The notes under the pieces are model-generated. The model did not search any database, was not told the origin of the DNA, and saw only the letters and a list, made by a program, of their open reading frames with translations. A program made the position numbers and the translations under genes. Of a DNA stretch of 64,000 nt, positions 46,315 to 56,386 are shown piece after piece (the first letter of the stretch is position 1; each line of letters opens with the position of its first letter). This DNA is from Candidatus Eiseniibacteriota bacterium (GTDB lineage Bacteria; Eisenbacteria; RBG-16-71-46; CAZAMP01), in the NCBI GenBank assembly GCA_965224245.1, contig OZ245046.1:5952001-6016000 (forward strand), in the 5' to 3' direction.

Positions 46315-46384
46315 CCCCTTCGAGAACGCCCGTACGGTCCCGGGGCCCCCGAGCCGGCGCGCGTCGATCGCCCCTCCCGCCGCC

Positions 46385-46413
46385 TTGACACTCCCCGGCC
46401 CCCTGCGTACGGT
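46385..46413 (+). promoter_or_regulatory. Sigma70-like promoter of the yicC-gmk operon
   Basis: TTGACA(46385)-17 nt-TACGGT(46408). Confidence 0.7.
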
Positions 46414-46472
46414 CCCCGGAATCTACCGCGCCGCACCGACGCCACGGTGCGCATATCTGCAAGAGGACGTGC

Positions 46473-47351
46473 ATGATACGCAGCATGACCGGCTACGGCC
46501 GGTCTGAGGTCGAGCACGACGGGAACCACCTCACGATCGAGGTGTCCTCGGTGAACCACCGCTACCTGGACATCAGCGTCCGGCTGCCGAAGCCGCTGGG
46601 CGCGCTGGAGACGAAGACCCGCAAGGCGGTCCAGGAGCGGGTGGCTCGCGGCAAGGTCACCGTCAACGTGAACTGGGATCTCGAGCCGGCGCTCGGGGGC
46701 GCGCTGCAGCTGAACGCGGCGCGGGTCGCGGACATCCTCGAGATCGCGCGCAACCTGAAGGAAGTACACAACATAGCGGGCGAGCTGGACGTGGCCACGG
46801 TCATGTCCATGCCCGACGTGATCACCGAGGAAGAGGCCGCCATCGATCTGGACGCGTGGTGGCGCCTCTTGTCCGAGGGACTCGACGCGGCGATTGACGC
46901 TATGATGGTGCTCAAGATGCGCGAGGGGGACGAGATCGCCAGGGACATGCTCTCGCGCGTCGGTACCATCGAGGAGCTCATGTCCGAGGTCGAGCGTCGC
47001 GCGCCCGACCGCGTCGTGGATACGCGTGAGCGCCTCCGACAGAGGATCGCCCAGATCGTCGGAAACGGTGAGGTCGATCCGTACCGGCTGGAGCAGGAGG
47101 TCGCCTTCCAGGCCGATCGCCTGGACTGCACCGAGGAGTGCGTCCGGCTCCGGAGTCACCTGAAGCATTTTCGCGGATTCGCCGGCGAGGAGAAGAACGC
47201 CGGTCGCCGGCTCAACTTCCTCCTCCAGGAGATGAACCGAGAGGCCACGACGATCGGGGCGAAGGCCAACGACGCCGAGCTGGCCATCTACACGGTTCAG
47301 ATGAAGGAGGAGCTCGAGCGGATCCGCGAGCAAGTCCAGAACGTGGAGTGA
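46473..47351 (+). CDS. yicC: YicC/YloC family endoribonuclease
   Basis: MIRSMTGYG, SVNHRYLD, RGKV, EE.VRL.SH, GRRLNFLLQEMNRE..TIG.K, REQVQNVE. Confidence 0.95.
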   Translation: MIRSMTGYGRSEVEHDGNHLTIEVSSVNHRYLDISVRLPKPLGALETKTRKAVQERVARGKVTVNVNWDLEPALGGALQLNAARVADILEIARNLKEVHNIAGELDVATVMSMPDVITEEEAAIDLDAWWRLLSEGLDAAIDAMMVLKMREGDEIARDMLSRVGTIEELMSEVERRAPDRVVDTRERLRQRIAQIVGNGEVDPYRLEQEVAFQADRLDCTEECVRLRSHLKHFRGFAGEEKNAGRRLNFLLQEMNREATTIGAKANDAELAIYTVQMKEELERIREQVQNVE

Positions 47352-48010
47352 CGGACCCGCCCATGACCGCGTTCGAAGACCGGATTCAGACACCTCCGCT
47401 CGTGTTCGTCTTGTCGGGACCGTCGGGAGTCGGGAAGACGTCGCTGTGTGATCGACTCGTGGCCGACGTGGACGACGCGGTCTACTCGCGCTCGGTCACG
47501 ACCCGTCCCAAGCGACCGGGCGAGACACACGGTGAGGAGTACTTCTTCCTGTCCGAGGAGGAGTTTCGAGAGCTGGAGTCCACCGGGCAGCTGCTCGAGT
47601 CGGCGTGCGTGCACGGTCACCACTACGGGACCCCGCGACGCTTCGTCGAGGAGCGGCTCGCCGAGGACAAGATCGTCGTTCTGAACATCGACGTGCAAGG
47701 CGGGTTGCAGTTGATGTCGAGTGTCCCCGACGGGGTCTTCGTGTTCGTGATGCCGCCCAGCATCGACGAGCTCGTGGGCCGGATCCGGAGCCGGGGTGGA
47801 GATACCGACGCCGCGATCACCGTGCGCATGAGCAACGTCGCCGGTGAGATCGCCGAGGCCGACAAGTACACGTACATCGTCGTCAACGACGATTTCGAGG
47901 AGTGCTTGCGGAAGCTCCACGCCATCCTGATCGCCGAGCGCTGTCTCCGTCGGAGATGCTATGCACCCCAGCCCGCGGCACGCGTCAGCGCGCGTCGCAT
48001 CGGCGGCTGA
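47348..48010 (+). CDS. gmk: Guanylate kinase
   Basis: SGPSGVGKT, TTRPKRPGE..G.EY.F, HYGT, IDVQG, PPS, VVNDD; start GTG 47348 or ATG 47363. Confidence 0.95.
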   Translation: MTDPPMTAFEDRIQTPPLVFVLSGPSGVGKTSLCDRLVADVDDAVYSRSVTTRPKRPGETHGEEYFFLSEEEFRELESTGQLLESACVHGHHYGTPRRFVEERLAEDKIVVLNIDVQGGLQLMSSVPDGVFVFVMPPSIDELVGRIRSRGGDTDAAITVRMSNVAGEIAEADKYTYIVVNDDFEECLRKLHAILIAERCLRRRCYAPQPAARVSARRIGG

Positions 48011-48054
48011 AGACGTACACGGCGCGCCCCGCGCGCGCCAGGGAGCTCCCCAAC

Positions 48055-48396
48055 ATGATGACCGAAGACGGAAAGACCATCGACGACGCGACCTCCGAGA
48101 CCGCCGCCACCGAGAACGGCACCACCGAGAACGGCGCCGCCGAGACGGGCGCCACCGACGAGGCGGTGTCCGGCAGCGACCCCGAGAACTCCTACGAGCG
48201 CGTGATGCTGATGGCGCTCGAGGCCCGGCGGCTGAACACGCGCCACCTCGAACGACGCATCGAGCCCAAGGAGCGCATCACGACGCAGGCCATCAATCGG
48301 GTCAAGACCGGCGAGGTGAAGCTCGTCTACCGGACGTCGAGCACCGAGAAGACCGAGTCGGAGTCCACGTTCATGGAGGTGTCGGATGACGCCTAG
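48055..48396 (+). CDS. rpoZ: RNA polymerase omega subunit-like protein with an acidic N-terminal extension
   Basis: N.YE.V..MA.EARRLN and K..TT.A..R...GE; located between gmk and coaBC. Confidence 0.7.
   Translation: MMTEDGKTIDDATSETAATENGTTENGAAETGATDEAVSGSDPENSYERVMLMALEARRLNTRHLERRIEPKERITTQAINRVKTGEVKLVYRTSSTEKTESESTFMEVSDDA
48091..48165 (+). repeat. Five degenerate 15-nt tandem units in rpoZ
   Basis: acctccgagaccgcc / gccaccgagaacggc / accaccgagaacggc / gccgccgagacgggc / gccaccgacgaggcg. Confidence 0.7.
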
Positions 48397-49867
48397 CGGC
48401 AACGGCGCGACAGCATCGTCGCCGGCGCCATCGCCGGCGGCGTTTCCGTCGGTGCTGCTCTGCGTCACCGGATCGATCGCCGCGTACAAGGCCGTCGAGC
48501 TCGCCCGGCTCTTCGTGGGGCAGGGCAGTCGCGTACGGGTGGCCATGACGCGAGCCGCCACGAAGTTCGTGGGGCCGATCACGTTCGAGGCCGTCACCGG
48601 AAACCCGGTCTTCACCGACGTCTTCGCGAGCGCCTCGGGTCCGGTGGACAGGTACGGTCCCGGATCGGGCGAATCGAGCTCCGGTTCGATCGAGCACATC
48701 GAGGTCTCCAAGCAGCCCGACCTGATCCTGGTCGCCCCCGCGTCCGCCGACGTGATCGGCCGCGTGGCCCACGGGCTCGCCGACGACGTGGTCACGACGT
48801 CGATCCTGGCCGCCGATGCGCCGGTCGTGTTCGCGCCCGCGATGAACCAGCGCATGTGGAAGAACGCGATCGTGCAGGCCAACGTCAAGACCCTGACCGA
48901 CGCGGGCTATCGCTTCCTGGGGCCGGTGACCGGCAGCCTCGCCTGCGGCGAGGAGGGGATCGGCCGCATGATGGAGCCCGAGAAGATCGTGGCCAGCCTG
49001 GGCCGTGCGCTCGGGGGCGGTCCGAGCGTCGACCTCCGGGGCAAGCGCGTCCTCGTCGGGCTGGGCCGCACCGAGGAGATGCTCGATCCGGTCCGGTTCA
49101 TCTCCAACCGATCGAGCGGGAAGATGGGCGTGGCCATCGTGGAGGCCGCGCTGGAGGCCGGTGCCGACGTCGCGTGCGTGGCCGGTCCGACGGCGGTCCC
49201 CATCCCGTCCGACGCAACCGTCACGCACGTCACCACCGCCGAGCAGATGCGCGAGGCGATCCAGGCCAGGTTCGACGACTGTGACGCGCTCGTCATGGTG
49301 GCGGCCGTGGCCGACTACCGCGCCGCCACCGAGAAGCTGCACAAGATGGAGAGCGGACAGCACCGGCCCAGCATCGAGCTGGAGGCGAACGACGACATCC
49401 TGGCCTCGCTGAAGTCACGCCGGAAGAAGCAGATCGTCGTCGGGTTCGCGCTTGAGACCCAGTCCGAGGAGCAGCGCGCCCGGCGCAAGCTCGCCGACAA
49501 GGGTCTCGACATGATCGTCGTGAACAACCCGCTCAAGGAGGGCGCGGAGTTCGGTGGAGACACGAACCTCGTGTCGTTCCTCTACCGTTCGGGCAAGTCC
49601 GTGCAGCTGCCGATGATGGAGAAGCGGGCGCTCGGGGCCGAGATCGTGCAGCAGCTCGAGTACCTCCTGGCCCATCCCGACGGCAAGCAGCCGCCGCGTC
49701 CGGGAACGGGCGCGCGAGCGGCGGCCGGCTCGCCGGCAACGCCGGCCGCGTCGGGTCAGACGGCGAGCGGGGAGGCCCGTGACGGCGGATCCCGCGGGCG
49801 CTCGCGCGGCGGACGCCGCCGGCCACCGCGCAAGAAGTCGGTGTCGAGCGCGTCGACCGGGTCATGA
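48386..49867 (+). CDS. coaBC: Bifunctional phosphopantothenoylcysteine decarboxylase/ligase
   Basis: TGSIAAYK, APAMN..MW, LACGEEG.GRM, DPVRFISNRSSGKMG, AAVADY, VGFALET. Confidence 0.95.
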   Translation: MTPSGNGATASSPAPSPAAFPSVLLCVTGSIAAYKAVELARLFVGQGSRVRVAMTRAATKFVGPITFEAVTGNPVFTDVFASASGPVDRYGPGSGESSSGSIEHIEVSKQPDLILVAPASADVIGRVAHGLADDVVTTSILAADAPVVFAPAMNQRMWKNAIVQANVKTLTDAGYRFLGPVTGSLACGEEGIGRMMEPEKIVASLGRALGGGPSVDLRGKRVLVGLGRTEEMLDPVRFISNRSSGKMGVAIVEAALEAGADVACVAGPTAVPIPSDATVTHVTTAEQMREAIQARFDDCDALVMVAAVADYRAATEKLHKMESGQHRPSIELEANDDILASLKSRRKKQIVVGFALETQSEEQRARRKLADKGLDMIVVNNPLKEGAEFGGDTNLVSFLYRSGKSVQLPMMEKRALGAEIVQQLEYLLAHPDGKQPPRPGTGARAAAGSPATPAASGQTASGEARDGGSRGRSRGGRRRPPRKKSVSSASTGS

Positions 49868-50754
49868 GCGATCGACGACTGGGTGACGTCCGCCGCTACC
49901 TCGCGCGCGAGGTGGCGGCGGGCCGCGCCCGTGTCCTGCTCCCTCACCCGACCCCGGCCCCCGGGGCGGCGGCATCCCCGTCGCCGTCCCCGGCCTCGCC
50001 GACCCCCTCGTCCAGCGCCCCGGCGACGTCAGCCGGCGCGCAGAGGGCGCCCGCGTCGCGAGCACCGGACCGCGAGTCGACCGGCCCCGGGCCGGATACG
50101 GTGTCCGCATCCGGGGCGCTCGCGCCGTTCACGAACCTCCGCGACGACGCGACCGTGGCCGCCATCGGCGACGCGCTGGCGCCGGTGGACGCGCGCGCCC
50201 AGGCGTGTGTCGCGTGTGCGCTCCACGAGACGCGGAACACGGTCGTGTTCGGCACCGGGTCGGGACGATCGGGCATCGTGTTCGTCGGCGAAGCTCCAGG
50301 AGCCAACGAGGACGAGCAAGGCGTCCCGTTCGTCGGCCGCGCGGGGCAGCTCCTGGACAGGATCCTGGCCGCGATCGGCGTGCGGCGCGAGGACGTCTAC
50401 ATCTGCAACGTGCTGAAGTGCCGCCCGCCCGGGAATCGGGATCCCAAGCCCGAGGAGGCGGCGCTCTGTGCGCCGTTTCTCCGGGAGCAGCTCGACGCGC
50501 TCGAGCCCCGCATCATCTGCGCGCTCGGGCTGCACGCGGCGCGCTGGCTCCTGCAGACGAACACCGCGATGGCCCGCCTCAGGGGCAAGGTCATGACCTA
50601 CCACGGCATCCCGACGATCGCGACGTATCATCCGGCGGCGCTCCTTCGGAACCCGAACCTGAAGCGAAACGCGTGGGAGGACTTCCAGCTCCTCCGAAAG
50701 CTGGCCGAGGAGGACCGCATCGCACCCGACGAGGATCAGCAGCTCACGCTCTGA
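49864..50754 (+). CDS. Uracil-DNA glycosylase family 4 (4Fe-4S)
   Basis: C..C.L...R...VFG, GEAPG..ED..G.PFVGRAG, N.LKCRPP.NR.P, TYHPAALLRNP. Confidence 0.95.
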   Translation: MSDRRLGDVRRYLAREVAAGRARVLLPHPTPAPGAAASPSPSPASPTPSSSAPATSAGAQRAPASRAPDRESTGPGPDTVSASGALAPFTNLRDDATVAAIGDALAPVDARAQACVACALHETRNTVVFGTGSGRSGIVFVGEAPGANEDEQGVPFVGRAGQLLDRILAAIGVRREDVYICNVLKCRPPGNRDPKPEEAALCAPFLREQLDALEPRIICALGLHAARWLLQTNTAMARLRGKVMTYHGIPTIATYHPAALLRNPNLKRNAWEDFQLLRKLAEEDRIAPDEDQQLTL

Positions 50755-50971
50755 TCACGCGTCCGCCGCGTCGAATCCGCGATCACCCGTCGTCTCCGCC
50801 GCCCGTTCCACTCACGCTCGCGCCCGCGCGGGCCGGCGAGCGTTCGCAACCGTGTGATCCGAGACCACTTGCTCTTCGCTCTTTGGAACGCGTGATCGCG
50901 CGCCTACAATGCGTCTCCCGACACGCGACGTCGGATCACGCTCCCCCATCCCCGGACCGAGGCCGCGCGAC

Positions 50972-52354
50972 ATGACGCAGACGATTCCAGGCCGTGTGCC
51001 GCCCCAAGCCCTGGATGCCGAGAAGGCCGTCCTCGCGGCCATGCTCCTGAACCGGGACGCCATCGGTGACGCGCTCGATTACCTGCACGGAGACGACTTC
51101 TACCGGGAATCGCACGGCGACATCTTCCGCGCGATCCTCGCGCTCTACGATCGGAACGAGCCCACCGATCTCGTCACGCTGCGCGGCGAGCTCACCAAGG
51201 CCGGCAAGCTCGACAAGGTCGGCGGGGTTCCCTATCTCTCCGATCTCTTCGAGTTCACCGTGACCGCGGCCAACGTGCGACACCACGCCGAGATCGTCCG
51301 GGAGAAGAGCATGCTGCGCGCGCTCATCAGCGTCAGCACCGACACCGCGGCCCGTGCCTACGATCCGACGAACGATGTCCAGGAGCTGATCGGGACCGCC
51401 GAGCAGCGGATCTTCGAGCTGGCCGAGGGACGTGTCGTGAAGGCGTTCGAGACGGTTCGCGACCACGTGAAGCCCACGATGGAGAGCTTTCTCGAGCTCC
51501 AGGAGAACCGGAAGCACATCACCGGGCTGGAGTCGGGGTTCCCCGACATCGACCGGCTCACTGCGGGCTGGCAGAAGAGCGACCTGATCGTCATCGCGGC
51601 CCGCCCGTCGATGGGCAAGACGGCCCTGTGCCTCAACTTCGCGGGGCACGCGGCGCTCGAGCTGAACATGCCGGTCGCCGTGTTCAGCCTCGAGATGTCC
51701 GCTCAGCAGCTCACGCAGCGGCTCCTGTGTTCCGAGGCCAAGGTCAACATGCACAGCGCCCGCACCGGGAAGATCCGCGACGCCGAGCTGCAGAGCCTCA
51801 CGCACGCGGCGAGCCGTCTCACGCGGGCACCCATCTACATCGACGACACGCCGGGCCTCTCGGTGCTCCAGATGCGCGCCAAGGCGCGGCGGCTCAAGGC
51901 GCAATCGGGGCTCGCGCTGGTCGTCGTCGACTATCTGCAGCTGATGCAGGCGGACGGGCGGCCCGAGAACCGCCAGCAGGAGATCGCGCAGGTCTCGCGC
52001 GGGCTGAAGGCCCTGGCCAAGGAGCTCGACGTCCCCGTCATCACCGGCTCGCAGCTCTCGCGCGCCATCGAGAGCCGCACCGACCGGCGCCCGCTGCTCT
52101 CGGACCTGCGAGAGTCCGGCGCCATCGAGCAGGACGCCGACATCGTCGCGTTCATCCACCGGCCCGAGTACTACGACAAGAGCAAGCCCGAGCTCCAGAA
52201 CTTCGCCGAGCTCATCGTCGGCAAGCACCGGAACGGGCCGACCGACTCGATCAACCTGACGTTCGTCAAGGATTACGCGCGCTTCGAGTCGTGGGCCGGC
52301 CAGTACGCGGGCGTCGAGGCCTACGGTGCGCCCGACGATGACCTTCCGGTCTGA
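50972..52354 (+). CDS. dnaB: Replicative DNA helicase
   Basis: PPQALDAE, AARPSMGKT, FSLEMS, VDYLQLM, SQLSR, LSDLRESGAIEQDAD, KHRNGP; no intein. Confidence 0.97.
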   Translation: MTQTIPGRVPPQALDAEKAVLAAMLLNRDAIGDALDYLHGDDFYRESHGDIFRAILALYDRNEPTDLVTLRGELTKAGKLDKVGGVPYLSDLFEFTVTAANVRHHAEIVREKSMLRALISVSTDTAARAYDPTNDVQELIGTAEQRIFELAEGRVVKAFETVRDHVKPTMESFLELQENRKHITGLESGFPDIDRLTAGWQKSDLIVIAARPSMGKTALCLNFAGHAALELNMPVAVFSLEMSAQQLTQRLLCSEAKVNMHSARTGKIRDAELQSLTHAASRLTRAPIYIDDTPGLSVLQMRAKARRLKAQSGLALVVVDYLQLMQADGRPENRQQEIAQVSRGLKALAKELDVPVITGSQLSRAIESRTDRRPLLSDLRESGAIEQDADIVAFIHRPEYYDKSKPELQNFAELIVGKHRNGPTDSINLTFVKDYARFESWAGQYAGVEAYGAPDDDLPV

Positions 52355-52506
52355 CGTCCGACGGTCCGATGCCGGCGCGCCGGCGCCGGTGCGCCGGACC
52401 GGCGCCGTGGACCGGCCCGCTGGATTCACGGCGTCCCCGCTCGTTCTCCCGGCGACCCCGAGCGCGTGACGGGCGACACGGACCCCGGCACGGAAAGGAC
52501 CCGCGC

Positions 52507-54102
52507 GTGGCGAAGAAGAAGACGTCCGGCTCGTTCTTCTGCAAGGAGTGCGGTGCCGAGAGCGCCAGGTGGTTCGGCCGGTGTCCAGCATGCGAGGCAT
52601 GGAACTCCCTCGTCGACGCACCCGCGGCGGCCCCCACACGATCGCACGGCGCGGCGGCTCGGGGGCGGGGGCGGGCCCGCGCCGGGTTTGCGGGTGGCGT
52701 GCGGTCCGAGCCGCCGAGGCCGCTCGGCGACGGGTCCCGGACGTCGGGCCGGCGCACCGGCGTCGGCATGCCGGAGTTCGATCGGACCCTGGGGGGCGGG
52801 CTCGTCCCCGGGTCGGTCATCCTCCTCGGCGGCGACCCGGGCGTCGGCAAGTCCACGCTGGCGCTCCAGGCCGCGGGCCGGCTGGCGGCCGGCGGAGACC
52901 CGGTGCTCTACGTCACCGGCGAGGAGTCGCGCGAGCAGGTTCAGATGCGCGCGGATCGACTGGGCGGCACCGGGCGCGAGATGCTCCTGGCCACCGAGGC
53001 CGACGTGGATCGCATCGGCGACTGGGTCGCCGAGCACCGGCCGGCGTTCGTCGTCGTCGACTCCATCCAGACCGTGCACAGCCCCGAGATCGACGGGGCG
53101 CCGGGGTCGGTGCTCCAGGTTCGCGAGTCGGGCTTCCGGCTCCACACGATCGCCAAGTCGTCCGGGGCGGCCATCCTTCTGATCGGTCACGTGACGAAAG
53201 ACGGCTCCATCGCGGGACCGCGCGTGCTCGAGCACATGGTCGACACCGTGCTGTACCTGGAGGGCGAGCGCATCGGCGGCTACCGGGTGCTGCGCGCGGT
53301 GAAGAACCGCTTCGGCTCCACCGACGAGATCGGGCTGTTCGAGATGCGAGAGACCGGCATGCACGAGGTCACCGATCCGTCACGCGTGCTCGTCGACCTC
53401 GAGTCCGGGCGGGCCGACGGCTCGATCGTCGTCCCCACCATCGAGGGCACCCGGCCGCTCCTGCTCGAGGTGCAGGCCCTCGTGACCCCCACGTCCTACG
53501 GCATGGCGCAGCGCGTTGCCACCGGCGTGGATCCGAAGCGACTGGCCGTGCTCCTGGCGGTGCTGCGCAAGCACGCGGGGGTGGACGTCTCCGACCACGA
53601 CGTCTTCCTCAACGTCGTCTCCGGCATTCGCATCACCGAGCCCGCGTCCGATCTCGGCGTGCTCCTGGCGGTGGTGTCGAGCCTCCGCGACCGGGCGCTG
53701 CCCGAGCGCATGGCCGCGGTCGGAGAGGTCGGGCTGGGGGGTGAGGTGCGCGGCGTCGCGCAGCTCGATCGCCGGGTCGCCGAGGCGGTCCGGGTCGGGT
53801 TCACCGAGGTGCTCGTGCCGGCCGTCACCGGCCGGGACCTGCCCGCACGGCTCCGCACGCATGCGCGGCTCGTCCGCAACGTCTCCGAGGCGATGACCGA
53901 GGCGCTGGCCGCCCGTGCCCCCCGCGCCTCCGCGCGCGTCCCCGCGGTCGCGCCGGCCGAGAGCTCGCCGGACGATCGGATGGAGCCCGCCGCGCTTCCG
54001 GACGATGAGTTCATCGACCCCGGCGTTGACGATCTCCTCGACGGCGACGACATTCCACCCCGTCGACCGGAGGATCCGTTCGGGCCATCCCCGACGGCGT
54101 GA
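52507..54102 (+). CDS. radA: DNA repair protein RadA/Sms
   Basis: CKECG...WFGRCPAC..WNS zinc finger, GDPGVGKSTL, VDSIQT, KNRFG, EVQAL, GEVGLGGEVR. Confidence 0.96.
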   Translation: MAKKKTSGSFFCKECGAESARWFGRCPACEAWNSLVDAPAAAPTRSHGAAARGRGRARAGFAGGVRSEPPRPLGDGSRTSGRRTGVGMPEFDRTLGGGLVPGSVILLGGDPGVGKSTLALQAAGRLAAGGDPVLYVTGEESREQVQMRADRLGGTGREMLLATEADVDRIGDWVAEHRPAFVVVDSIQTVHSPEIDGAPGSVLQVRESGFRLHTIAKSSGAAILLIGHVTKDGSIAGPRVLEHMVDTVLYLEGERIGGYRVLRAVKNRFGSTDEIGLFEMRETGMHEVTDPSRVLVDLESGRADGSIVVPTIEGTRPLLLEVQALVTPTSYGMAQRVATGVDPKRLAVLLAVLRKHAGVDVSDHDVFLNVVSGIRITEPASDLGVLLAVVSSLRDRALPERMAAVGEVGLGGEVRGVAQLDRRVAEAVRVGFTEVLVPAVTGRDLPARLRTHARLVRNVSEAMTEALAARAPRASARVPAVAPAESSPDDRMEPAALPDDEFIDPGVDDLLDGDDIPPRRPEDPFGPSPTA

Positions 54103-54220
54103 TCGGACGCGCCGGGGGACCCGGAGTCCGTGGACCGGACCCCGACCCCGATGTCGCACCGAGCGGCCCCGGCGGACGTCCGGGTCGCCGGTGCTACACT
54201 CGGTCGCGAGGGAGGCGTGC

Positions 54221-54907
54221 GTGATCTCAGTCCTGATCCCGGCGGCGGGCAGCGGTGAGCGACTCGGAGCCGATCGTCCGAAGGCGCTCGTCGAGGTGGC
54301 GGGCGCGCCGCTGATCGCCTGGTCGGTTCGGGCCCTGGCCGAGGTGTCCGACGTGATCGAGATCCTGGTCGCCGCGCCGGCGGGCCAGGAGCACGCGTTC
54401 GAGGCCGTCCGCGACCGGATCGACTGCGCCCTCTGGCGGCCCGTGCTCACCGGTGGGGCCGAGCGCGCCGACTCGGTCGCGGCGCTGGTCGCGCACGCCA
54501 CGTCCGACCTCGTGCTCGTGCACGATGCGGCCCGGCCGTGCGTCGAGGCCGCGTGGGTCGAGTCGCTGGTCCGCGAGCTCGGGTCGGCCGAGGCCGGGGT
54601 GCCCGGCGTTCCGGTGCGCGACACGCTGAAGCGCGCCCGTGACGGCGTCGTGATCGAGACCATCGACCGGGACGGCGCGTTCGCCGTGCAGACGCCGCAG
54701 CTCTTCCGGCGCGACCTGCTCGTCCGCGCGCACGCGCTCCGGGCCCGGAGCCCCGAGCTCGCGCGCGCCACCGACGACGCGATGCTCGTCGAGGCGCTCG
54801 GGGTGCCGGTGCGTCTCCTCACCGGCTCCGCGTCCAACGTGAAGGTCACGTTTCCCGACGACGTCGACCACGCCGCTCGCTTCCTGACGCGGGCGGCGCA
54901 CCGATGA
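54221..54907 (+). CDS. ispD: 2-C-methyl-D-erythritol 4-phosphate cytidylyltransferase
   Basis: PAAGSGERLG...PK, GGAERADSV, VHDAARP, DTLK, QTPQLF, TDDA, NVKVT.PDD. Confidence 0.95.
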   Translation: MISVLIPAAGSGERLGADRPKALVEVAGAPLIAWSVRALAEVSDVIEILVAAPAGQEHAFEAVRDRIDCALWRPVLTGGAERADSVAALVAHATSDLVLVHDAARPCVEAAWVESLVRELGSAEAGVPGVPVRDTLKRARDGVVIETIDRDGAFAVQTPQLFRRDLLVRAHALRARSPELARATDDAMLVEALGVPVRLLTGSASNVKVTFPDDVDHAARFLTRAAHR

Positions 54908-55398
54908 CCCGCGCCCCGCGCGTCGGCGTCGGTGTGGATTCGCACCGCTTCCGGAGCGACGGCGTGCTCGTCCTCGGTGGCGTCGAGATCCCCGGCAGCC
55001 CGGGACTGGACGGACACTCCGACGCCGACGTGCTCGTGCACGCGATCGTCGACGCACTTCTCGGGGCGATCGGCGCGGGCAACATCGGCACGCACTTTCC
55101 GAACACCGATCCGGCCTGGCGGGGCGCCGCGAGCTCGCGTTTTCTCGAGCACGCGATCGGTCTCGTCCGCGAGGCGGGCTTTCGGGTCGGCAACGTGGAT
55201 GCGACCCTCGTGGCCGAGGAGCCCGCGCTGTCCCCGCACTTCGAGGCCATGCGGCGATCGCTGGCGGGAATGCTCCACGTGCCGCCGGCCGACGTGTCGG
55301 TGAAGGCCACGACGGCCGAGAGGATGGGGGCGCTGGGCCGCCGGGAGGGCATCGCCTGCGTGGCCGTGGTCATGCTGGTCGGGGAGGACGACACGTGA
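54904..55398 (+). CDS. ispF: 2-C-methyl-D-erythritol 2,4-cyclodiphosphate synthase
   Basis: G.G.DSH, GHSDADVLVHA..DALLGA, IGTHFP, VSVKATT.E.MG..GR.EGIA. Confidence 0.96.
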   Translation: MTRAPRVGVGVDSHRFRSDGVLVLGGVEIPGSPGLDGHSDADVLVHAIVDALLGAIGAGNIGTHFPNTDPAWRGAASSRFLEHAIGLVREAGFRVGNVDATLVAEEPALSPHFEAMRRSLAGMLHVPPADVSVKATTAERMGALGRREGIACVAVVMLVGEDDT

Positions 55399-55432
55399 AG
55401 GGGATCGACATGCTCATCACAGGAGGCCCGTC

Positions 55433-56386
55433 GTGAAGGTGCTCGTGCTGGCCGGCGGCGAGTCCGCCGAGCGCGAGGTCTCGCTCGTGAGTGGACGCGC
55501 GGTGCTGGACGCGCTCGCGGCGCACGGACATCGGGCCGAGATGCTGGACCTGGCGCCCGAGGGGACGCTCGATCCCGGGACGGCGTTCCGCCTGAACGAC
55601 GCGCTCTCGCGCGTGGCGCCCGACGTCGTCTTCGTGGCACTGCACGGCGGCATCGGCGAGGGTGGCACCGTGCAGGCGTTTCTCGAGGTCAGCGGCGTGC
55701 CCTACACCGGAAGCGGCCTCGACGCGTCGGTCGTCGCGATGGACAAGATTCTCTCCAAGATCGTCATGGCGCACATCGGCGTGGCCACGCCACCGTGGGA
55801 GCGGCTGGGGGCCGAGCCCGGGCCGGACGACGTCACCCGCGTCCGATCCGTCGGCGAGCCCTGGTGGGTCGTCAAGCCCAACCGGGGCGGCTCCACGGTC
55901 GGGATCTCGATCGTGAAGGCCGACGCCGAGCTGCCCGACGCGCTCGCGCTCGCGCGGCGCTACGACTCCCAGGTCCTGGTCGAACGATACGTGGCCGGAC
56001 GCGAGCTCACCGTCGGCATCGTGTCGGGGACCACGCTGCCCGTGGTCGAGATCACGCCGCGGTCCGGCTTCTACGACTACGAGCACAAGTACACGGAGGG
56101 ACGCAGCGTCTACACGTGTCCGGCCGACGTCCCCGAGACCCTCGCGCGCACGATGCAGGCGGCGGCGAACGATCTCTACGTGGCGATCGGGTGTCGCGGC
56201 GCGGTCCGCGTCGACTTCCGTCTGGGAGAGGACGGCGTGGCGTACTGTCTCGAGGCGAACACCGTGCCCGGGCTGACGCCCATGAGCCTGCTGCCGATGG
56301 GGGCGAAGGCGATCGGTCTCGACTTCCCCGCGCTGATCGAGCGGCTCTGCACCGACGCCATCTCGGCCACGAGGTCGCCGGCGTGA
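55433..56386 (+). CDS. ddl: D-alanine--D-alanine ligase
   Basis: GGESAEREVSL.SG, LHGG.GE.G, PYTGS, MDK, VKP..GGST.G, FYDYE.KY, LEANT.PG.T..SL.P. Confidence 0.95.
   Translation: MKVLVLAGGESAEREVSLVSGRAVLDALAAHGHRAEMLDLAPEGTLDPGTAFRLNDALSRVAPDVVFVALHGGIGEGGTVQAFLEVSGVPYTGSGLDASVVAMDKILSKIVMAHIGVATPPWERLGAEPGPDDVTRVRSVGEPWWVVKPNRGGSTVGISIVKADAELPDALALARRYDSQVLVERYVAGRELTVGIVSGTTLPVVEITPRSGFYDYEHKYTEGRSVYTCPADVPETLARTMQAAANDLYVAIGCRGAVRVDFRLGEDGVAYCLEANTVPGLTPMSLLPMGAKAIGLDFPALIERLCTDAISATRSPA

Noticed and set aside
46331-46419. Direct repeat CGTACGGTCCC in the yicC promoter region; also CCGTGGACCGG at about 52405 and 54128
   Set aside because: 11-bp GC-rich matches are plausible by chance; only two copies each.
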